DNA of 64,000 nt from Macrostomum lignano (Eukaryota): NCBI GenBank assembly GCA_002269645.1, contig NIVC01000324.1, forward strand, positions 1 through 64,000, written 5' to 3'. Within the stretch, counting starts at the first letter, position 1. Every line of letters starts with the position of its first letter. Below the pieces are notes generated by a model. The model was given only the letters and a program-made list of their open reading frames with translations. It was not told the origin of the DNA and searched no databases. A program made the position numbers and the translations under genes. This document shows positions 40,462 to 51,059 of this stretch, in pieces.

Positions 40462-41520
40462 TCAAGGCAAAGCGCTGAAAAAGTTGTTAATCTGTTTCTC
40501 ATTCATGCTGAAATTGGCGATAGCCACAGCAGAAACAACGCCTATTAAATGGGCAGTGTGTCCAGCATAGAAGCGACGGCCGATCGAAACAGCAAAACAC
40601 GAAGGAGATCCGCCGAGAACTGCCGACCCAACTGCAGAGGGTACAATAAACCCTTTGTTATAAAATAGGGCAGATTCTGCAGTGTAAGAAACGGTAGCAG
40701 AAAACGCCACGTCCATCCAGGTGTTTTCATCTAAAGATAGCAGTCCGACTGCAGATTTTACGTAGTAATAGTTCCTTGCATTAAAATAGAGTTGGCCTGC
40801 TTGACTGTATTCCCACAGATGAGGACCGAAAGTTATGCTGACAGGATCGGAGCAAGACACCGCCTCTATGAACGGCTGGACCCTTGGCTTTCTCTTCAGC
40901 CGCATCAGCCAAGTGAACCCGCCAGCAAAGGCGGCTCCAGAGAAGCGACTGTCGTTGAGCAGCGCATATGAGGACACCCCGTCGAACACGGCGCCCTCTT
41001 CGGTCCACTGCAGGTTCCCACTTTCCAGTCGATGGCTGCTGCCGCTGCTTCCCGGAGCATCGCCCTGGCACGCCAGGTTGCCAAATCGGTGTCCGCCTCC
41101 AGCCAGCCACAGACCCAGTAGTCGGTCGTGCACCGAGGTATCGCAGTTTGTCAACGATTTGGTTCGAAACACATAACACTGCGCCGCTTCTTGCTTGCTG
41201 CTCAGCACCTGGTCAGTGCCAATTAGCTGGGCTTCAACTGACTGCAGGACGCGGCACACGCGCTGGTAGTGGAAGAGCGAGCACGCACCTGTCTGCCTGT
41301 CCCACTGCAGGACGAGGTCGTCATCAGAATGGCCGGTGCTCGACGCTTTGAGCATGCAGCTTTGCAGGTTTTGGGATTGCCACGAACTCAGAGAGGAGCT
41401 CTCGTTGATGCACAGCGGTGAGAAGTATTTGCACCACTGTTTAGCGCAGTCAACAGCCGATAGTAACGGCCATGCGCTAACTAGCAGCATGGCGAATCGA
41501 ATTCTGGCTATTAGACACAT
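40462..41520 (-). CDS. Secreted protein: signal peptide, degenerate PAN-like region and LamG/pentraxin-like jelly-roll domain, about 352 aa
   Basis: N-terminal MLLVSAWPLLSAVDC; CMLK...WDRQTGACSLF (PAN-like); GAVFDGVSSYALL...FTWLMRLK...TWMDVAFS...VSIGR...LIGVVSAVAIANFSMNEKQI (LamG-like). Confidence 0.75.
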   Translation of the reverse strand: MCLIARIRFAMLLVSAWPLLSAVDCAKQWCKYFSPLCINESSSLSSWQSQNLQSCMLKASSTGHSDDDLVLQWDRQTGACSLFHYQRVCRVLQSVEAQLIGTDQVLSSKQEAAQCYVFRTKSLTNCDTSVHDRLLGLWLAGGGHRFGNLACQGDAPGSSGSSHRLESGNLQWTEEGAVFDGVSSYALLNDSRFSGAAFAGGFTWLMRLKRKPRVQPFIEAVSCSDPVSITFGPHLWEYSQAGQLYFNARNYYYVKSAVGLLSLDENTWMDVAFSATVSYTAESALFYNKGFIVPSAVGSAVLGGSPSCFAVSIGRRFYAGHTAHLIGVVSAVAIANFSMNEKQINNFFSALP

Positions 41521-41966
41521 TGTCGTCGAACTTGACAACCGTTCTATAGCTTTGAGATGTCGTATCATGCAAATTTTCTCTTTAATTTTTTTGCTGTTTT
41601 TCACGCTATTAAAGATAATTGGGAATCAGCTTGACTGACAAGCATTTTTTATTTGCAGATGCCAGCTGTGACAATTCCCAAGCCATTATCAAACTGAAAG
41701 CTCTTATGTGTTTCTGGCTTCTGAATTTTAATTAAAAGAAAAAAGAGAAGAGAAGAGATGTCTTCAACAAGAGGCATGCTATTTGAATTCTCATGAATTG
41801 GCGTGAATTAAGCCAGCTGACAGGCTGTTTCGAAGCATATGCATATTGATGAAGCTTTTCTTTATCCATTCAAATATAATTTACCTTAGGAAATGCTTTC
41901 GTTCGTTCAAATTAAAAGCTAGATACAGTATAATGGTTTTACTTAGGAAATGTACATAGTTTAGCG

Positions 41967-42055
41967 CAGGGGTCGGCACTCCGGCCCGCGAAGCCTCTCT
42001 ATACGGCCCTCGGGTTCTTTGAAACTTCAAAATAGCAATTCGGCCCGCTAAAGGT
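41967..42055 (+). mobile_element. hAT/Charlie-like terminal fragment
   Basis: caggggtcggcactccggcccgcg...cggccc...cggcccgc resembles hAT termini with subterminal CGGCCC motifs. The opposite end was not found. Confidence 0.35.
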
Positions 42056-42059
42056 TTGT

Positions 42060-42310
42060 GGCTCTCTCACCTCTCTCTTCTCCTGTCCCCTCTCCCTTCC
42101 TCTCCCTCACTCTCTTCTCCCCCTCTACACTCTCCTTTCTCCTCTCTCTTCCCCCTTCTCTCTTTTCCCCTCTCCGGTCTTTTCCTCTCTCCTCTCTCTC
42201 CCTCCTTTCCTTTCTCTTTTCTCCCTTTCCTCTCTCTTCCCCCTCTTCTCTCTCCCCTCCTCTCCCTCACTCTCTTCTCCCCCTTACCTTTCTTCTCTCT
42301 TCTGTATTCT
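42060..42310. repeat. Pyrimidine-rich (CT) low-complexity tract
   Basis: Runs of ctctctcttctcc. Confidence 0.85.
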
Positions 42311-42953
42311 CACTCTCTGATCTTCCTAGATTCTAGCATTGCTTTTAATGGCTTTATGAATTGTAGCCTTAATGACTCATTGCTTAACCTATCTTGGCCT
42401 CACCTGATAATAGATACAGAAGTGTTAATAACGTCAGTGAATTAGATCTGGCCAACGGCCAAGAGCAATTGCATTTTTTGAAAACAACAACACAGAACGA
42501 AAAATAAGATATATTTTGTAAACAATAAATGCTTACAAGCAATAACACACATAAACTGTAAATGAACATAAAAACAACGAATAGGAAGATCTTAAATTTG
42601 GAAAATTTTTGAAATTATAAGAAACCCAGTAAAACATCAACTGCTTTGTGGGTTAAGAAAAACATAAAACAAAATGTACGAAAATGCACCAAACGTCTAA
42701 CAAAAGAAACCACAAACAAAAAAATGCGACTCGAATTGAGCCTTAAATGTGATAAAAACTGAGTAAACATGGGACTGGTGGAATCATTGAAATGACCAAC
42801 ACTTTAACCGAATTTTAGTGTTTTACTATTTTACGGGCTAACTAAAAAGAAAACAAACAAATTTCAGACTAATTAAGATATAAGCCTAAGCCAATGAAAC
42901 GCTTGCTAAGTGACAAGTCAAATGAAGCACCATCATGGAAATGTTAAATCGTG

Positions 42954-44597
42954 CTAATTATAAGCCAACTTCAGAAGGACCAACCGGTTCCTATTAGAAG
43001 TGAAGGCTAACCACCTCGCGTTGTCTTTTTCAACCAGCTCCAGACGTTCAATATGGCCACAAAGTCCAGTCTCCTTGACAGGAAGCTCAAACGAGTCAAC
43101 AAAAACATCATCGCCAGTTGAGATGACAATTTCATTGCCGGTCAATTTAACAATGAAGCCTTTGCTATCAATGGCCAGCCTCCTAACTCTCGCGGCCGCG
43201 TCAACGGGTTCCTCGTCATCGTCGGAGTCTTTGTCCGGCAGCGAACTGATGGCTTGGCCAGTGATGCCGCAGATTTTCAGCACCGATTCAAGAACGCCCC
43301 AGTTAAACAGCAGCAATTTGCTGCCGACAAGAGCTAGATCGGTGAAGAAAATTCCTTTATCGTGAAGAGGCCACAAGTCAATCACTGACAGCAGTTCGGA
43401 AGAGTCTTTGTCGATAGAAAAAACGCACTGCTTTGCCAAATCAAGGAAGCAAAGCTTGTCAGAATTGCCCGCAATGGCGTCGAACGATCTGCTGACGCCG
43501 TCAAAGCTGCTGCCACTGATCACTTTGACCAAACCGCCGCTAAGGTCAGTCACAGTTACAGTGCTGCGATGCGCCACAAACAACTGCTGACGGTTGCTGT
43601 CACAGTGCAGCCCAGTCACTTTACCTGACGTTGAGCTGAAATTGCACCCGACATTTAAAACGTTTTTATGCTCCGCTGAAAAGGCCAGAATGTTCTGCTT
43701 GTCGTCGGTTTGTCTTTCGAAAAATACGCACGGTGCGCCAAGAGGTTTAACGTTGCCGCGGCCAGTGCAATCAGCTGATCGCTTTACAAAACCGACCGAA
43801 TCGACTACAAAGCCAGCTGTGTTGCTACAGGCTGCCAAGAACTTTGGCTCAGACTGAAGATTCACCTGGAACACTTGATTGGATGAAACAGGCGTGATAT
43901 CAAGATCATCGATATCGTCACCGCTATCGTCCAAATCAAGCCAGCAGTCGGTCATCACGCTGGTCATATGGTCGTCAATTGTAGACTGGAACTGTTGCAC
44001 TCCAGAGGCCACGTCGCCAAACAACCTTAGCCGCATCTCGGCTCTAGGACCAGCGTCGATGTAGTCACGCTGAAACTCTCGAAGTTCGTATCGCTTGTTA
44101 TTAAAATCTTTGCATCGTTTAGAAGCGTCTACAAGCCAGGCGCTGTTTTTCTTGGATAGCTCCGCCAACTTTTTTATCTCCTGGGCGGCCAGGGCGAGCG
44201 AGGCCTCCTTCTCGCGGGTCTCAGCTTCGTCAGCGTCTGTCAGCCTCTCTGCCACCGATTGGTGCACCAACTGCAGTCGGTCCACCGTTTTCTGGCGCCA
44301 CTGCTGCAATTTTTCCTGAACTGCGTTGAACATTTCGTTGACTTCCTGCACCTCGACTGTAAGAGCCTGCAGTTCCTTCATCATCTTTGCTCGTCGTTTT
44401 GCTCCGGGAACTAGCTGTCTCATTTTCCACGATACATCAGCTGCTTGCTTGCGCACTGTCTCGGACTCCTTATCCAGGTGCTCCTGGCAAAGAACTTTAT
44501 TGTTACCGAGTAAGCCAACTTCTACTGATGGATTGTCGCAAGATTTGACGCTGCAAGTTTCGCGTTGTTTTTTTATTGCTTCTCCACGACGTGGCAT
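42954..44597 (-). CDS. B-box-like zinc motif, coiled coil and beta-propeller (TRIM/NHL-like) protein, 547 aa, single coding exon
   Basis: CSVKSC...LCQEH motif, long heptad-rich coiled coil, then repeated beta blades (GLHCDSNRQQLFVA, AIAGNSDKLCFLD, DLALVGSKLLLF, RLAIDSKGFIV). No RING seen. Confidence 0.75.
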   Translation of the reverse strand: MPRRGEAIKKQRETCSVKSCDNPSVEVGLLGNNKVLCQEHLDKESETVRKQAADVSWKMRQLVPGAKRRAKMMKELQALTVEVQEVNEMFNAVQEKLQQWRQKTVDRLQLVHQSVAERLTDADEAETREKEASLALAAQEIKKLAELSKKNSAWLVDASKRCKDFNNKRYELREFQRDYIDAGPRAEMRLRLFGDVASGVQQFQSTIDDHMTSVMTDCWLDLDDSGDDIDDLDITPVSSNQVFQVNLQSEPKFLAACSNTAGFVVDSVGFVKRSADCTGRGNVKPLGAPCVFFERQTDDKQNILAFSAEHKNVLNVGCNFSSTSGKVTGLHCDSNRQQLFVAHRSTVTVTDLSGGLVKVISGSSFDGVSRSFDAIAGNSDKLCFLDLAKQCVFSIDKDSSELLSVIDLWPLHDKGIFFTDLALVGSKLLLFNWGVLESVLKICGITGQAISSLPDKDSDDDEEPVDAAARVRRLAIDSKGFIVKLTGNEIVISTGDDVFVDSFELPVKETGLCGHIERLELVEKDNARWLAFTSNRNRLVLLKLAYN

Positions 44598-46463
44598 AGT
44601 AGTGAAGTGTAGTTTGGCTGAAAATTAGATTTCAATGAGAACCTGTGCTTTGTCAAATTGATAATAGGGTATAACTTGGCTGTTACGGTTGCTTATGTAT
44701 TAAGAAATGCTTGAGTGGCCTAAAGTGACTTGGACTTATTGTAAGCGTCATTTAAATGTACATAGTATCTACTATTTGAGACTGTAATTTATAAAATTGA
44801 TAAGATTGTACTTTTACGACTAGTGCGAGCGACAAGCTCTCATCTCATCTCTTATCACATTCCCCGCCTCTCCTCTCTTCTCTCATCTTTCGTAGTTAAT
44901 TCCCTTTCCTTTCCACTCTCATCTGGTCCGCAGACAAGAGCTGAATTACCTATCACGCCCTTGAAGCAAAAAAGTTTGCCGAACCCTGCTTTAGGGGAAG
45001 AATATTAAAAAGGCTATTTGTAAACACATGGAGTTTAGGTATAATTGTCATTGAGTAACTGTGCAAAGTACACTAAAATGACACTTGCTTATAGCGCTGC
45101 TACATATATAATCGGTAGTAAAACTAAGTAATTAATACCGTTAAATATAGAATCTTATAGACTTTTAGTAAACTTCCATATCTTAGATATATGGAACTTC
45201 CAACCTCTAAATCCTACTAAACATACTGTATGCAAAAATTAATTAACGTCAAATGTTACAAATAAATTTGAGATTCATTAAAGCAATAGTTTTAAAGCAA
45301 AGCCAGACGCGTTGCTCTGCAAAATAAATTGTTAAATCTATTTTCTTTGAAACACACCAGGTAGGTCTGTCCAGGTAATAACTGACTTAGGTAACATTAT
45401 ATAGACTTTGAAGCTCAGATTCACAGACTGACAGAATAAAGCGAAAGCAAAGCTGTAGCCAACGCAGACTCTTGCGGTACAATTCGGAAAAAAGACGATC
45501 TATAAACTTTTGATATTACTACTTTAATAATAAAGTAAGTAGTGCAGTGTGAGTGTTGCGGAAAATACCAACTATAGGTGACGTATTGCAAAAAGTGGCA
45601 GAAACATTAATAATAACAATAACAATTTTATTAATACAAATGAGTGAGACTTGGGTTAGAGAGATAAGCAAAATGCTATATCAATATATATATAACCTTT
45701 GAGTATTCTATCCCATCGCGCTAATTGAAGTACTTTATGTTAAAGTAACACTTATTTTTGAAAAAAATACAAAAATATTTAAAGCCTAATTGCAAAAAAT
45801 TCATTCGATATCTTTGCAATTGCGAAATTGCAAAGGTATCGAGCTATTTCAACTATTCAATAGTTGAAAGTGGAAAATATGAAAAATAATAGATTCTTTT
45901 TTTCTAAGTGCAATTGCAACTTAAATAAAAGAAAAAAGGTCACCACATTTATTAACAACATTAAGCGACTAGCATTATGACAGTACAAAAATTATTACAA
46001 CAGGATAACTAATTAATACTTTATTCTGTAGGCATAAAATAAAAAGTTGTCTCTTCACTTCAAGCAATAAAATTGATTGCAGCTTGAATAAGTTTTTTAT
46101 TGAGGTATAACAGTCGAATTACGATGACATGAATATAATGATTATCAAGACTTTTAAAGAGATTGTTAGTTTATTTTGGCCAAAATCATATTGTCAATTT
46201 ATGGACCATCTGATAGTGCGAGAAAATAGCTGTATGCCTAACAATATATAAAATCATCTATATTTATTCTTTTAAATGAGTAAGGAACACCTCGACCTGC
46301 TAAACTTAACTTGAGAAACAAAAATAAGTAAATAAATATATTGCAAAGAATGACTAATGACATATTTTAATATAGTGTGTTTTAGATTTACTCAGTAGTT
46401 AAGTTTAAGTTAAGTTTAAAAGGGGTACAATATGCTTCTGGCTAACTAGAGCGCTTTAACCAT

Positions 46464-46684
46464 AACCTTATGTACGGCTGTTCAGTCCAAGGACTGGGGG
46501 GTCGCCACACACACCCTCAATTACCCCAGCTAATGCTGGCACCCATCTTACAGCAGGGTGAACTGAAGCAATGCAGAGTTAAGTGTCTTGTGCTCAAGGA
46601 CACAAATTGGTCCAGTGGGATCGGGAATCGAACCCCCGACCTTCAAGTTTGAGTCCGACGCTCTGACTACTAGGCTACAACCCG
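46464..46684 (-). mobile_element. tRNA-derived CORE-type SINE, copy 2
   Basis: The reverse complement aligns along its length with 3314-3540 (A box, B box ggttcgattcc, CORE, 3' ttggactgaacagccgtac). Confidence 0.75.
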
Positions 46685-46889
46685 CCTTCCGCATTCATAC
46701 ACACGCTCACACAGGGTGTACACAGGCAAGAGTCAGAGATGCGCCCAACCCTGCGATGTAGATATGCAAAATGAAACAAAAACATTGATTGGAAACAAGC
46801 GATTTATAGTATAAAAAATGAAGGACGAGAACAAGAATCGAACAGAGTTTTATCGACAGTCTAACTGTTTAACAAACCAAAAAAGCTGC

Positions 46890-49800
46890 TCAATGATCGT
46901 CATTAAGCATCTGCTTCATCAGCAACTGCTGGTCCTGGTAACAGCGAGAACACAGGAAATTGGTCTCCTCTCGAGCGAACATGTCGCAGTTCGGGCCGAC
47001 ACACTGCATCAGAGCCGAACGGCGCATTTGTTGGTCGATAATTTCGGCAGACCGGCGCTTCTGTAATTCGTCTAATTGTGAGAACCGAGCCATAGCCGAG
47101 GTCAGGTAGCTGCTAACTGCGTCAGTGAAATGTGGCGGTCGATTAGTAACGCCCAGGTGGGCGCATAGCAACCCGGTTGAGGCGCTATCCAGTAGCGCCT
47201 GGTCCGCCACCGAGGAGGCATCAGCTGATGAAGCTGGCGTTGCAACCGACGGCCATTTACTAGATTTACCTGTTCGCCTAATTGGTAGACGCTGCTGCAT
47301 GGCTTTGAGCAGTTGATGGCCAAGAGATCGGCTCGGGTTCTGTTGGCCCTGCGACTGGGAAACAAGGACGGGAGGGGTAGGTGTTAGTACGATAAACTAG
47401 TACTAGTATAACATGATCCACTACGTTACACTGTTACACTACATGTTACAGTAGATGTTACACTATACTTTACAGTAGCTCTTACACTATATGTTACAGT
47501 AGCTGTTACACTATATGTTACAGTAGCTGTTGCACTGTATGTTACAGTAGCTGTTACACTATATGTTACAGTAGCTGTTGCACTGTATGTTACAGTAGCT
47601 GTTACACTATATGTTACAGTAGCTGTTACACTGTATGTTACAGTAGCTGTTACACTGTATGTTACAGTAGCTGTTACACTGTATGTTACAGTAGCTGTTA
47701 CACTACATGTTACAGTAGCTGTTACACTACATGTTACAGTAGCTGTTACACTATATGTTACAGTAGCTGTTACACTACATGTTACAGTAGCTGTTACACT
47801 ACATGTTACAGTAGCTGTTACACTACATGTTACAGTAGCTGTTACACTACATGTTACAGTAGCTGTTACACTATATGTTACAGTAGCTGTTACACTACAT
47901 GTTACAGCAGCTGTTACAGCATCTGTTACACTATATGTTACAGTAGCTGTTACACTACATGTTACAGTAGCTGTTACACTACATGTTACAGTAGCTGTTA
48001 CACTACATGTTACAGTAGATGTTACACTACATGTTACAGTAGCTGTTACACTACATGTTACAGTAGCTGTTACACTATATGTTACAGTAGCTGTTACACT
48101 ACATGTTACAGTAGCTGTTACACTACATGTTACAGTAGCTGTTACACTACATGTTACAGTAGCTGTTACACTACATGTTACAGCATCTGTTACACTACAT
48201 GTTACAGCATCTGTTACACTACATGTTACAGCATCTGTTACACTACATGTTACAGCATCTGTTACACTACATGTTACAGCATCTGTTACACTACATGTTA
48301 CAGCATCTGTTACACTATACTTTACAGTAGCTGTTACACTACATGTTACAGCATCTGTTACACTACATGTTACAGCATCTGTTACACAACATGTTACAGC
48401 AGCTCACCATGCCCCCTGGATACAATCCATCAACACCGCCGCGCATTCTACGACAGTCGAGAGTAGCAGATCTCTGCTGCAACTGCGAATGCAACTGTTG
48501 TTGCTGCTGCTGCTGTTGATACTCAACAAAGCCGCTATCGTCTGCTGAAACAGCACCGACTGTTGCCATAGACAACTGCGCCGCATTGCCAACTGAACTA
48601 CCCGAACGAGTTAGTCCAACTACTACTGGGCGTTGAGTAACAGCAGCAACGGCAGCCTGAGCGACAGCCGCCGGAAGCGGCTGCGGCGGAGCCACAGGCA
48701 ATCTCAGAGTTGAGCATCTCAGATAAGAAGCCAGCAGTTTAGCTCGAAGCCTGCCGCCCATTTCTGTATCGGGCGTCGCCACTGGAGCGTCGTTAACAAC
48801 AGCCGCAGCGGCAGATTTCGACGACCATTTCCAGTGCGGCCCGGGATCGGCACTAAAGTGCAGAGGCAGCGGGGTGTGCAGATCGCAGCAGCACAATGGA
48901 ACAGCGTAGGGCAAGTTTACAGCAGTTTCCATGGGAACCAATGCGGAGAAATGAGCTGCATCGTAGGCTAGCAATACCGGATGCTTAGAACAATGCTCTG
49001 GTTTCTCTAACAGCGGCAGATAGATTCCGGCAAACGGTATTGGAGCTAAATTGTCACCTTCGGAGTCTTTGACAAACTGATCGGCTATCACTATGATGGG
49101 CCGGCGGAATACATTGGCGGCTACGAATACGTGGATTTCTTCTAGAGAATCCAGCTGATGCTGATGCTGCTGACCGATCTGCTGCTGTTGTTGCAGCTTA
49201 GGCTGGGCGCTAGCCAGTTGTAGCAACGATTTCCATTCCGATTGCCATTCCGACTCGCTTAATCTCAGGCCCGTGGCTCGGTACAGCTCCCGGGCTGTCT
49301 GCCATCTCCAGCGCCTGTACACAGCTGCACTATGAGACAGCAAATATTCGTGCAACGCGCTTCGGAATACCAATTGACGATCGTGGAAGCCTAGACTGCT
49401 CAGACTGATAGCATGTAGAAGGCAGTTGCCATCGCCGCTCGTTTGCAGAGGCCACAATCGTTGGGACAGGCCAAGGTCGTGCCTAGGTATTAGTGTGAGG
49501 ACTTACGCGTCAGCTGCTTGTACTCTAAGCATATTAAATCTCTAGTCTACCTTCAGGAAACTGGTAACAATGTCAGGCAGAATCCCTAGTTTACTTTCAG
49601 GAAAAAGTAACAATGTCAGACTATATCTCTAGGTAGTTTACTTTCAGGAAACTGGTAACAATGTCAGGCTACACCCCTAGTTTACCATTAGGAAACTGGT
49701 AACAATGTCAGGCTACATCCCTAGTTTACCCTCAGGAAACTGGTAACAATGTCAGGCTACATCCCTAGTTTACCCTCAGGAAACTGGTAACAATGTCAGG

Positions 49801-51059
49801 CTACACCCCTAGTTTACCATTAGGAAACTGGTAACAATGTCAGGCTACATCCCTAGTTTACCATTAGGAAACTGGTAACAATGTCAGGCTATATCCCTAG
49901 TTTACCATTAGGAAACTGGTAACAATGTCAGGCTACATCCCTAGTTTACCATTAGGAAACTGGTAACAATGTCAGGCTACATCCCTAGTTTACCCTCAGG
50001 AAACTGGTAACAATGTCAGGCTACATCCCTAGTTTACCCTCAGGAAACTGGTAACAATGTCAGGCTACACCCCTAGTTTACCATTAGGAAACTGGTAACA
50101 ATGTCAGGCTACATCCCTAGTTTACCATTAGGAAACTGGTAACAATGTCAGGCTACATCCCTAGTTTACCATTAGGAAACTGGTAACAATGTCAGGCTAC
50201 ATCCCTAGTTTACCCTCAGGAAACTGGTAACAATGTCAGGCTACATCCCTAGTTTACCATTAGGAAACTGGTAACAATGTCAGACTACATCCCTAGTTTA
50301 CCATTAGGAAACTGGTAACAATGTCAGGCTACATCCCTAGTTTACCATTAGGAAACTGGTAACAATGTCACGCTATATCCCTAGTTTACCATCAGGAAAC
50401 TGGTAACAATGTCAGGCTACCCCTTACTACTAACCAATGGTAGACAAAATTAACCAAAAGTAAACTTACCACCAATTCAAACAACCAGCTTGCTCCAAGT
50501 TAACCAGAGTCCCCGTATCCAACAGTTCCTTCTCCAAAAAGGCTCGAAATTCCAACGGATAAGTTGACAAGTCAGGCAATATGAAGGAATAACTACCATT
50601 GGCGCCGCAAGCACTACCATTTCGTGACAGGCTGCGACCATTGCCAGAATTAGAGCAACCGCTACCAGCTGTACCGCCACATCCGCCATTGTTGTTTACC
50701 CTCCTACCCGGCACATTTTCCGCTTGCACAACAGCCCTATTCGATGCCAACACTTCGTCAAATGCGCACGAGAAGCCGCGTTGGGTGCGAGATTCTACGC
50801 TCGAAGAGGCTGAGGAAGAATTTATAGCGGCACAACGCGCCGACACCATTCTGGATGCCTCGCCTACAGCAGCTGGCATGCTTGGTGACTGCTGCATCTG
50901 TTGCTGCTGGGCCGGCGAGTCTTCGCTACTAAAAGCGCTGCTGCATGCGCTACTACTGCTACTACTGCTAGTAGCGGTGCTACTATTACTTCCGATTAAA
51001 TTGGCATTGGTTTTGACAGTTAATGGCTCCGGTTTGCTATCTAAATGTACAGTGTTCAT
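46890..51059 (-). CDS. OTUD7: OTU-family deubiquitinase, OTUD7/Cezanne (A20-like), with C-terminal A20 zinc finger, about 709 aa
   Basis: Exons 51059-50470, 49482-48408 and 47354-46890 join in frame. LEQAGCLNWW|HDLGLSQRLWPLQTSGDGNCLLHA; EEIHVFVAANVFRRPIIV; GIYLPL; YDAAHFSALV; CVGPNCDMFAREETNFLCSRCY. An upstream exon is possible. Confidence 0.92.
47431..48400. repeat. 24-bp minisatellite made of two related 12-mers, about 40 copies, in OTUD7 intron 2
   Basis: Unit ctgttacactacatgttacagtag. Confidence 0.97.
49549..50421. repeat. 44-bp minisatellite, about 20 copies, in OTUD7 intron 1
   Basis: Unit aaactggtaacaatgtcaggctacatccctagtttaccattagg. Confidence 0.97.

Noticed and set aside
42056-42445. 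Leu/Ser/Pro-rich ORFs here and at 17074-17309
   Set aside because: Translations of CT/AG low-complexity tracts.
49483-49525. Apparent micro-exon (ag-agtacaagcagctgacgc-gtaagt) before OTUD7 exon 2
   Set aside because: It would leave a 24-nt intron, and every possible acceptor creates a TGA in frame; direct splicing gives the conserved NWWH...QRLWPL.
49549-50421. 44-bp and 24-bp arrays as CRISPR-like repeats
   Set aside because: Head-to-tail units with no unique spacers and no cas genes; both lie inside introns.
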